Positions 37,228-48,100 of a stretch of DNA of 64,000 nt are shown here, piece after piece. The stretch covers positions 8,972 to 72,971 of the forward strand of contig CAVOPW010000018.1 in NCBI GenBank assembly GCA_963698225.1, given 5' to 3'. A model generated the notes under the pieces. That model made no database searches and had not been told where the DNA came from. It saw nothing but the letters and a program-made list of their open reading frames with translations. Source of the stretch: an uncultured bacterium (GTDB lineage Bacteria > Zixibacteria > MSB-5A5 > CAIYYT01). Position 1 is the stretch's first letter. Each line of letters begins with the position of its first letter. A program made the position numbers and the translations under genes.

Positions 37228-38355
37228 ATGGGTACGGGAGATTATTACGATATCCTTGGCATACCCCGTAGTGCTGACGATAAAGAGATTAAGAAGGCGT
37301 ACCGAAACCTTGCACGGAAATTCCATCCCGATGTATGCAAGGATCCGGGTATGAGGAGAAATTCAAGGAGATCAACGAAGCGTATAGTGTGCTTTCCGAT
37401 GATCAGAAGAAAGCACAATACGACAATATGGGCCATGAAACCTACACCAGTGCTTCGAAGGGCTCGTATACGGGTGGAGGCGGGTTCGGGGGAGGTTTCA
37501 GTGCGGACTTTTCCGGCTTTGGCGATATCTTTGATTTCTTTGGCGGTGGTCAGCGACGTTCAGGTCCGCAGCCCGGCGCTGATCTGCTTATGCGCATCCA
37601 GATCAGGTTAGAAGATGCAGTATCCGGAGTGGACCGCGATATCGAAGTGATGCACACAGAACCCTGTTCCGCATGCGGTGGAACCGGAAGTGAAACAAAA
37701 AAACTGAATATATGTCCACGTTGCGGGGGTAGCGGACAGATGAGGCAGGCCGCTCATTCAGTTTTCGGCCAGTTTGTCCGGATGACGACCTGTACCCAGT
37801 GTAACGGGAAGGGAAAAATTACAGAAAAAATCTGCAGGGAATGCCGTGGGTCCGGTCATTCGCGGATGAAAAGAAATATTTCCGTCCATATACCTGCGGG
37901 AATCGATAATGGTATGCGACTCCGCATGGAAGGGTATGGCGAGGCAGGAGATTACGGTGCACCCAATGGCGACCTGTTCATCGAGGTCTATGTCCAGTCC
38001 CATGAACGGTTTACCCGGAACGGGGATAATCTCGAGACGATTATTGAAATCAGTCCTGCGCAGGCAGTACCTTGGTACTTCTGTCGAGATTGAAACGATA
38101 GATAGGCGTCATATTGAGCTGAAAGTCCCCTCCGGTATCCAGTTCAATACTGCCTTGAAAATCGCAGCTGAAGGCGTGAAGCGCCGTGGGAAGCCTGGCG
38201 ATTTGCTGGTCAGGGTAAAAATTGTTACACCAAAGTCTCTTTCCAGTGAGCAGAAAGAACTTTACCAGAAACTTGCAGAGCTTGAAGGCAAAAGCAGCGG
38301 TGCGGGCGGTTTTTTTTCCGGTATAATGGGTGGCAAGAAGAAAAGTAAAAAGTAA
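37228..38355 (+). CDS. dnaJ: Chaperone DnaJ (frameshifted)
   Basis: J domain with HPD, G/F-rich linker and four CxxCxGxG repeats. Confidence 0.96.
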
Positions 38356-38519
38356 ACAGATCACTCTTTCAGTATTTTTTTATGTTCATGCTCGGTGAGG
38401 AAACAAATCAGGTCGGGATTTACGTTCCAATAATCGAGAAAAATTTCAAACCGGACGGCGCATAAATAATGGGTAAAGTGCTAGTTTAGCCCCTGATTTT
38501 TTCGTAAAATCTTCTGTAA

Positions 38520-38600
38520 ATAATCCTCCAATACATAGTTATCACGCTCCTGGGGGCTTCGGCTGTGCCTCTGCCCCGCCACTGTGGCGACCCCCATAAT
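38520..38600 (-). mobile_element. Degenerate third copy of the MITE-like repeat
   Basis: Reverse complement GGGGGTCGCCACAGTGGCGGGGCAGAGGCA...GCCGAAGCCCCCA..GAGCGT resembles 42052-42110. Confidence 0.55.
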
Positions 38601-38921
38601 GCGATAGGCCTGTTAAGGGTTCCATCACACGAAAAAGTGATGCACGAAAATTCTTGTGACTTTTTTATTTCAATTTCAGTCACAAAATTAATTCGAAAAT
38701 ATCGTCGTAAAAATAAAAAATTTCAGGGGTTGAATTGGTATGTTACCCTAAATAATATACCGCGAATTTTCAGGGCGTTTCGGCAGCCCGTCAGGACTTT
38801 GGTCGGATGGAAAAATATACAATTAATACACAGACCGCGATTAGCGATGATATTTTGTAAGTATTATTATCGTATCTCCGCCTGCGCACCTATTTGAATG
38901 AAGGTGACAAATGAGATCAGG

Positions 38922-39891
38922 ATGAGGCTGCTCTTCAAGCTTACCGGTGAAAATCCGACACTGCCCTTCGCCGAACTCGGCTGCATAGGTAAAGTTCTTG
39001 ACAGACGTCTCCAGGTCGCGGTTGTAGAATCAGCGGATCCGAAATCGGCGACCCGGCTTGCCATGACGCAGGTAGTGTCGGAATATCTTGGCGAGTGTGA
39101 ACCCACTACCCCAGCCTTCGAAGAACTACTCAAAGAGCTCGCCATTGAAACCCGGCTGTCATTTGCAGGACGTGCCAAAAAGGTTCACGGAGGTTGCCTC
39201 GAAAGAAATCCCTGTTCACAGCGGGAGTTTGAGTGTCTGATCAGTACCAGGATCTCCGGTCCCGTTTCTCTGAAAAAACCTCAGGTCGAATACCGTGCCG
39301 TGCTCTCGGAGGATCGCTGCTATTTTGGCAAAGTGCTTTTTTCAATCGACCGGGGGTCCTTTGATACCCGGAATCCCGGGAAACGGGACTTTTTTCACCC
39401 GGGCGTAATGATGCCAAGAATGGCCCGCACCCTCATCAACCTGACCTGTGTCAGGGCAGGGGACATCATACTTGATCCTTTCTGTGGAACCGGCGGTATA
39501 CTGATTGAAGCAGAGATGATTGGTATCCGTTCCGTGGGCAGTGATTTTGACCCATTGATGGCGGCTGGCAGCCGGCAGAACATAACCAACTCAGATCTCC
39601 TGCTTGCAGATGCAACACGTCTTCCGTTTCTTCAGTCAATCCTTCGATGCAGTGGTAACGGATTTCCCTTACGGCCAGTCTGTATGCGTCAAAAAAACCG
39701 ACACCATGGACAACCTGTATGCTGATGCGCTCGAAGAAATACGACGCGTAATCAGGCATGGACAGAAGGCTGTTGTAGTTACTCACCGGGATATCTCTGA
39801 TATTGCGGGACAGCATATGACCATTCTCCAGCGTCATGAGCAACGAGTCCATAAAAGTCTGACCCGTCACATCCTTGTCCTGACTCAATAA
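38922..39891 (+). CDS. tRNA m2G10 methyltransferase, Trm11/TrmG10-like (frameshift near 39630)
   Basis: LFKLTGENPTLPFAEL; FFHPGVMMPRMARTLINL; ILDPFCGTGGILIEA; DAVVTDFPYG. Confidence 0.85.
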
Positions 39892-40020
39892 TGTTCACCA
39901 TCCTTCCCATAACGATCTCCTCAGGCCACCCGTCAATCGATCCTATACAGTGGAATGGGTATAATCTTGGAGGCGGTGGATCTGAAAAACAATAAATATC
40001 CACGGGATATACTACTGCAA

Positions 40021-40590
40021 ATGAGGGAGCTGAAAAATAGTATTCGGCAGATCCTGCGTCAGCGCAAAGATGCAATGACCCCGGAAGAGAGGCTGAATAA
40101 AAGTACAAGGATCTGCTACCATCTTCTGGCACTGATCAGGAATGGCGAAACTGTAATGGTATACACCTCAAAGGAAAAAGAGGTAAATACAGCACACCTT
40201 ATCTCTGCCCTCCTTGAACGCGGGAATCCGATTGTCGTGCCTATAATTGTGAAAGAAGATGTCAGTCTGCGACTCTCTTATCTGAAAGATCTCTCTTCTC
40301 TTGTCCCGAGCACGTTTGGTGTCCCGGAACCTATAGGAAGTGAAATACCGGCCACAGGTCGTGACGTGGATACGATCATCCTTCCCATGCATGGTTTTGA
40401 CCGGACCGGGCGGAGAATCGGGTATGGAGCCGGGTATTACGACAGGTTCCTTGCCAAACACCTGAACTTACGAAAGATCGGGATCGCTTTCACCTGCCAG
40501 GAATATGAAAATCTTCCCGTTGATGAGAATGATATTCCCATGGATTATATCATAACCGAAGAAGGTGTCATGTATCCGGATGGGGAGTGA
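40021..40590 (+). CDS. 5-formyltetrahydrofolate cyclo-ligase
   Basis: KEKEVNT, FGVPEP, IILPMHGFDRTGRRIGYGAGYYDRFL and DIPMDYIITE. Confidence 0.92.
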   Translation: MRELKNSIRQILRQRKDAMTPEERLNKSTRICYHLLALIRNGETVMVYTSKEKEVNTAHLISALLERGNPIVVPIIVKEDVSLRLSYLKDLSSLVPSTFGVPEPIGSEIPATGRDVDTIILPMHGFDRTGRRIGYGAGYYDRFLAKHLNLRKIGIAFTCQEYENLPVDENDIPMDYIITEEGVMYPDGE

Positions 40591-40591
40591 T

Positions 40592-41488
40592 ATGACGGAG
40601 ATCAACGGCACAGAGATTCTCGATACCTATGCAGAGGCATTCCCGGTCTGGCTTTCCCGGGTTATTATTACCGCAGCAACACGAAAATGGGCGTATAAGG
40701 CAGCAGTTGAAGCGACAGGATTTGCGACATCAAAAATCGGATGTCCCTGTGAAGCCGGGATCGAAGGATATCTCCCGAAACATGAGACTCCTGACGGCAG
40801 GGCCGGTGTTTCCATCCTGATTTGTTCAGATAAGAAGACTATGAAATCAAATGTTGCATCCCGGATTTCCCAGTGTATCCTCCCGGCTCCTACAATTTCA
40901 GCCTACGACGGATTTCCTGAAGCCGGGTCACGGTTCTATATCCGTATGCACTATTTCGGGGACACCTATGAGGAGCGGTGCAGCATCAATGGCAGAAAAT
41001 GCTGGAAGATCCCCATCATGGAGGGTAACTATATCGGTGAGGAACGATTTGGGACCGTGAAGGGAATAGCAGGAGGCAATTTTCTCGTTATGGGAAAAAA
41101 CCAGATGTCGGCACTTTCCGGTATTGAGGCAGCAGTTGATGCTATCGCGGGATTAAACGGTGTCATTACCAGTTTTGCAGGAGGAATTGTTGCAAGTGGC
41201 TCGAAGCTGGGCAGTAAAAATTACCGTTTTCCTATGCCCGGCAAGCACAAATCATGTATGGTGCCCGACCCTGAAGGGAAAAATCGGCGATTCGAATGTA
41301 CCTGAAGGGGTAGGATCGGTATATGAGATTGTAATGAACGGAATAAACGAAAATCATATCAGGGAATGCTATGAAAGCGGGCATTCTGACTGCCACAGAA
41401 ACAGGAAAGGTCATGTTTATAGGGGCATCAAATTTTGAGGGAAAACTTGGCCGGTACCAGGTTTTACCTGCATGACCTGTTCAGGTAA
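40592..41488 (+). CDS. ftr: Formylmethanofuran:H4MPT formyltransferase-family protein, divergent paralogue (frameshifted)
   Basis: INGTEILDTYAEAF, EAGIE, ETPDGRAGV, GIAGGNF, GGIVASGSK, ASTNHVWCPTL, VYEIV and ASNFEGKL. Confidence 0.92.
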
Positions 41489-41792
41489 CGGTCATTGGTT
41501 TTTACGCGACCTGGTTTTCCAGGAATTCTGCGTAATGTCCGAGGACGCTCTATTTATCGCTGGAGGCGGGATGTATCCTGAAAGGTTTTTTTTATTGTCT
41601 CTGATCCTTTGGATGTTTATTATGAAATGAAAATAAACTGGCATCAAATCTCCTGTCATTTTTAGATAGCCGAATTTGAATTTATTAATGCGAGTTTCCC
41701 ATAATTTTACGGCCTTGTAGAAACGGGCATGAACGGGAATGGTTCTCACCCAACCATGAAAAATTGTGAAGGTACGACTGGCATCCGTAACA

Positions 41793-42143
41793 GGCTCTTG
41801 AGAGGCCAGGGGCGGAGTTTTCAGGTAATTGAAGCGCCGCGGGGGCGTCCCTTCGGGGGCGGCGCAGGTCATCGCAGTAGCGGGATTGGCACTTCCCGAA
41901 ATTACTGGAATTGTGCAATTTTCATAGAGAAACCCTAAGTTTTCAACAAATTGTAAAGCACCTATTTACGGAGGGGACAGTGCCTGTCCCCCCGAACCGC
42001 CCCTGCGCTTTGCGATTGTGTCGTATTACCTTCTCTGGAGTTATCGCTCCAGGGGGATGCCACAGCGGCGGGGGCGGAGGCATTACATGCCGTAGCCCCC
42101 AAAAGAGCGTTAAGAAAAATATTTTGAGGATTTCTCCAGAGCC
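41793..42143 (+). mobile_element. ~350-bp MITE-like element with imperfect terminal inverted repeats
   Basis: Left end GGCTCTTGAGA; right end reverse complement GGCTCTGGAGA. Both halves recur at 30781-31170. No ORF. Confidence 0.65.
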
Positions 42144-42175
42144 AATTTAATGAAACAGATGAAAAAAGTAATTGG

Positions 42176-45100
42176 TCACCCGGCTTTCTTATAACATATT
42201 TTTGCCTCTTCATGTTTACCTATTGTATCGAGTACTCCACCAATATCCTCCCAGACTTCTTTTCGCCCGGGATCGATTTCCAGCGCATGTTTGAAAGACG
42301 TGAGAGCTTCCTGATACTTTTCCTGCTCCTGCAGGGCACGTCCCCGGTAAATCCATGCATCTACAAAATCAGGCTGGATCGTTAACATCGTGTTGAACGA
42401 TTCCACAGCCTCCTTGTACCGTCCGAGTGCGATAAGTGCACTTCCTTTGGTGAAATAGGCGATGGAAAAGGAGGGGTCGGCGGCAATTGCATGTTCATAT
42501 GATTCGATGGCAGCCTCGCTCTGGAATTGAGCGGCAAGTGCCATCCCATGACGTGTCCAGGCAACGGCATTCTCAGGATCAAACTCAAGACATCTTTCAT
42601 ATGCGGCAAGAGCTTCCGGGTGTTTGCCGAGATCATAGAGCACATTCCCCTTCCCCATCCATGCCTCGGCAGAATTTTCATCCTGTTCCAGAGACTTTAT
42701 CAAAAGTCTCCAGTGCATCTCTGGACATACCAAGTTCAGCCAGGGAAATCGCTTTATGGGACAGCGTCACTGCGCTATGACTGATTTCCAGAGAACAATC
42801 ATATGACTGTATTGCTTCCCTGTGCTGGTCAAGTGCAGCATAAGCCATACCCTCAAAGTAATACAGGTCAGCAGTCCTGTGGTTGTTCTCAATGGCATGC
42901 TCGAATGCCCGTATCGCATCTTCAAAATTGCCCATCTCAAAGAAAGCTCTCCCTTTCCAGAAAATAGCCTGGTTACAGGCAGGGTTCATCTCGAGAGCCC
43001 GTTCGAAGGCAGAGATTGCTGCATCAGGATTTCCAAGGCTGAAAAGAGCCCTGCCTTTCTCATAAACAGCATTCGCATATCCGGGACTGAAAGAGAGCGC
43101 AAGGTCAAATGATGCAATTGCTTCTTCATGCTTACCGCTGTGCATGAGTGCCCGCCCGCGTTCATAGAGCGCGTCCTCGTTTTCCGGATTAATGCCAAGC
43201 GCCGCATCAAAGGCAACAATCGATGCATCATAGTCACCAATGCGGGCAAGAGCAATTCCCTTGTGGTGGTATGCCTCTGTATACCGGTCATTCAATTCAA
43301 TTGCATGATTAAATGCGGTTATCGCGTCGTCATACCGTTCATGCCTGAGGTATGTGACACCCTGATAATAGAAGGCTTCCGGATAATCCTTCCGGAGGGA
43401 AAGTGCCCTGTCGAGTGCTTTAAGTGCTTCATCGTATCTGCCCAGGTGAATCAATGCAATGCCACGGTACAGGTATGGGCAGCTAATGGTGCCTCTTTGG
43501 AAATTGCATGATCATAACAGTCGAGAGCGATATCGTATCTGCCAAGGTTCGCTTCAGCAATACCCTTACTCAGCCATGCTTCCGTAAAAGTGCTTTTTTC
43601 ACTGATTGCCCGGTCAATGCACCTATTGCCTCATGATACATCAAAAGACTCATGAGAGCCTGTCCTTTCTGATAGAACGCCTGGATGCATTTCGGGCTGC
43701 GGCCAGGCAGCTTCGAAGCTTTTAATTGCCTCATGATACCTGCCGAGGCGGGATAAAGAAATCCCGGAATAATAGTATGCCCGGGCGTCTTTTGTATCGA
43801 TAGCCAGTGCCTTGTTGAAGCAGGTTAAGGCATCCAGATCCTTTCCGAGTCCTGAGAGGGCGAATCCCTTTCCGGTCCAGGCAAATGCAGCGGTCGGGCG
43901 CAGACGTAATGCCGAATCAAATGAGGTTATCGCTTCTTCGAACCTGGTCAGCCGGGTCAGGGCAATTCCCTTGTGGTAGAGTGCTTCAATATGTGCCGGC
44001 TCGGCTGCAAGGGCATTTTCAAAGGATACTACTGCCTCGCTGTCCCTTCCCAGTTCAAAGAGTGCCCGTCCCTTGTAATATAATGCTGAAACGAAATCCG
44101 GGCGTATTTCCAGTGCTTTGCTGAATGAGTCATCTGCATCTTCGTAACGGGTCAATGCGAAAAGTGCAGTCCCTTTCAGGTACCATGCGTCAGCACTGGT
44201 CGGGTCAGTCGCGAGGGTTTTCACATATGCTTCAATCGCTTCATGATATCTGCCCAGGTCGGCCATTGCCATACCACGGTGCAGCAATGCTTCAACAGAT
44301 TCAGGTTGTACCTGCAATACCCTGTCAAATGCATCGATTGCATCTTTCTGCCGTCCGGTCGCAACAAGGGACAACCCTTTGTTATAAAAAGCCTGTGCAT
44401 TACCTGCATCAAGTTCGATGTTTTTGTTGAAGGCGGAGATGGCATCTTCATAACGGCCCAGATTTGCAAGGGCACACCCTTTATGGAGATAGACATCAGC
44501 ATAATTTCTCTCAATCCTAAGTGCCTTGTCAAAGGCTTTTACCGCATCACGGTACATGCCAAGAGAAGCGTGTGACTTTCCTTTGTTGTACCATGCCTCA
44601 GCAAAGGAAATATCGGTCTCGAGCGCCCGGTCAAATGATTTGACAGACTTCTTCAAACCTCCCGGTCTGAGCAAGTGCGGCACCCTTATAGAAAAGCGAA
44701 TATGTGTGTTTCGGGTCGAAATTGAGTGCCTGGTCGTAAACGGCAATTGCATCCCCGTTCCGGCCGAGTATGTCCAGTGAACGAGCCTTGCTGTAATACG
44801 CCTCAAAATAATCCGTTTTCAGGGCAATCGCTTTTTCAAATGCTGGAATTGCCAGGTCATGGCTTCCGAGTTTTGCATAAACAACACCCTGCTCGAACCA
44901 GATCTGTGCATCATCAGGAGTTATGGCAAGCAGTCTTCCGAATACTTCTGCAGATTCAGCATATCGTCCCAGCTCGGCAAACGATGATGCGTAAAAGAAA
45001 AGGGCATCCGTATTACCGGCTTCAACAGCGAGTGTTTTTCCCATACACTGAGTGATTCTTCAAATTTACCGAGGTGGAATAAAGCAATACCTTTCTCACA

Positions 45101-48100
45101 TAAAGCACTGGCAGTATCCGGCGAGAGCTCAATCACCCGGTCAAAGGAATCGATTGCCTCCTCAAATTTACCGATGCTTGTAAAAACTCTTCCCCGCTCA
45201 AGGTAAGCCCTGGGATCATCAGGCCTGAATTTTATACTGTTATCGAACGCATCGATTGCATCTTCGGGACGATCCAGATAAGTAGTACTACACCTTTCTC
45301 ATACCAGATCTCCCCATCAGTATTCCGGAGTTCAAGCGCTGCGTCAAAAGCACGTCCCGCCTCATCATATCTACCAAGATTAGCCAGGGATATTCCCCGT
45401 AAATATCTCGGTTCATACAGGTCCGGGAGGACAGATGAGGCATGCGCGAAAATTTCCTGTGCTTCTTCGTGCCTTCCCAGGGTTGAAAGGACCCGACCCT
45501 TCTCATTCAGGAGCTGCCCATTTTCAGGAGCCAGAGTCAGGGCAAGATCAAAAATATGCAGCGCATCGTTATAACGTGCGAGCCGCGAAAGTGCGCATCC
45601 TTCTGAGTAGAGCAATGTGATATTCCGCGGGTCGTTCTGACGTGCTTTTTCAAATGCGGAAACAGCATCCTCGTCTTTGCCCAGATGTTCAAAAGCGACG
45701 CCTTTATGGAACCATGCATCGGAATAGTCTCCAATCCGGGAAAGAACCTCATCGAATGCCAGGAGTGCCTCTTCGTACTTCCTGAGATTTTCGAGGGAAA
45801 GCCCCTTATGGAAGTGGGCTTCGGCAAAATCAGGATCGAGAACAAGAGATCGTGAAAATGAAGATTCCGCTTCCTCATACCTGCCGAGCATCGCATACGC
45901 GAGCCCCTGTTCGAAATGCCCGTCCCTGCTCTGATCATCAATTGCAAGCGCTTGAGAGAATGCAATGACCGCCTCTTCATGTTGTTTCAGCTTTGAAAGC
46001 GTACAAGACCCTTGTAATAACAGGCATCAAATGCACGGTTATCAAGATTGATTGCCCGGTCAAATGCTGTAGCTGCTTCTTCAAATCTCATGAGATTGAA
46101 GAGGATGATGCCCTTGTTAAACCAGGTCTCGTAGCTGCCCGGCATCAAGTTCGAGAGCCGCATCGAATGCCTGGAGTGCCTCATCGGGTCGGTCCAGGTT
46201 TTTAAGGGAGAGACCCTTGTGATAATATATCGGTGCCTGTGATGGTTCAACGGCGATTGCCCGGTCAAATGATACAATGGCATCCTTATCTTTCGAGAGC
46301 CGTGCAAATGCGAGTCCCTTGTCATAGAAGGCACTGACAAACCTGGGATCGATGGTCGTAGCCTGTTCAAAAGCTTCGACTGCCTGGAGATCCTTTCCAA
46401 GTTTTGTCAGGGCGATACCCTTGTCATACCAGGCATTTGCATATCTGGGGTTAATGGCAAGCACCCGGTCATAGGATGAGACGGCCTCTTCATGTCTGCC
46501 AAGTTCTGAGAGTGCGATTGCCCAGTTCGTACCACCCGTAGGCGGAACCGGGTTTTATATCCAGGGCGCGGGTGAGGGCGTCCAGTGCGGGTTCAAACCT
46601 CCTGAGCGAGAGCAGCGTACTTCCTTTCTAGCCACGCCGGTGCACACGCCTCATCGTGCGCAAGAACCTGGTCAAAGCAGGCAATTGCATCTTCCGGGTT
46701 CTGGAGTTCTATGTATGTCTTTTCCCTTCCGGTACCATGCTGTTGTGTTGTCCGGTGCAAGGGAGGTTGTCCTGTCGAATGCTTCGAGTGCCTCTTCAAA
46801 CCGTCCCAGTTCGAAAAGCACCCTCCCCTTGAGCAGCCAGACGTCTGCGACACCGCTTTCAAGGCTAAGTGAGGATTCGAGTGCCCCGAGTGCCTCTTCA
46901 AACCTGTGGAGAGATGCCAGGATGATGCCTTTGTTAAACCAGGTCTCGTAGTTGCCGGCATCGCGTTCGAGAGTGGCATTGAATGCCCCGAGTGCCTCAT
47001 CGGGTCGGTTCAGGTTTTTGAGGGAGAGACCCTTGTGATGATATATCGGAGCCTGTGACGGTTCAACGGCGATTGCCCGGTCGAATGAAGCAATAGCCTT
47101 CTTGTCTTTCGAGAGCCGTGCAAATGCGAGCCCCTTGTCATAAAACGCATGGACAAACCTGGGATCAATAGTCGTAGCCTGTTCAAAAGCTTCGACAGCC
47201 TGGAGATCCTTTCCGAGTTTTGTCAGGGCGATACCCTTGTCGTACCAGGCATTTGCATATCTGGGGTTTAAGGCAAGGACCCTGTCATACGAAGAGACAG
47301 CCTCTTCATGTCTGCCAAGTTCTGAGAGTGCGATTGCCCGGTCAGTACCACCCGTAGGCTGAACCGGGTTTTATATCCAGGGCACGGGTGAGGGCATCCA
47401 GTGCGGGTTCAAACCTCCTGAGCGAGAGCAGCGTACTTCCTTTTCTCAGCCACGCCGGTGCACACGCCTCATCGTGTGAAAGAACCTGGTCAAAGCAGGC
47501 AATTGCGTCTTCCGGGTTCTGGAGTTCTATGTATGTCTTTCCCTTCCGGGACCATGCTGTTGTGTTGTCCGGTGCAAGGGCGGTTGTCCTGTCGAATGTT
47601 TCGAGTGCCTCTTCAAACCGTCCCAGTTCGAAAAGCACCCTTCCCTTGAGCAGCCATACGTCTGCGACACCGCTTTCAAGGCGAGTGAGGATTCGAGTGC
47701 CCCGAGTGCCTCCTCAAACCTGTGGAGAGATACCAGGACGGCTCCTTTGTTAAACCAGGTCTCGAAGCTCGCCGGCATCAAGTTCGAGTGCTGCATCGAA
47801 AGCCAGGAGTGCCTCTTCAGGGTGTTTCAGGTTTTTGAGAGAGAGTCCCTTATGATAATATGCCGGGGCCAGTGAGGATTCAACGGCAATTGCCCGGTCG
47901 AATGAAGCAATGGCATCCTGGTCTTTCGAGAGCCGTGCAAATGCGAGCCCCTTATCATAGAATGCATTGACAAACGTGGGATCGATTGTCGTTGCCTGTT
48001 TAAAATCTTCGATGGCCTGGGCATCCTTGCCGAGTTTTGTCAGGGCGATACCCCTGTCGTACCAGGCATGTGCAAATCCCGGGTTAATGACAAGCACCCT

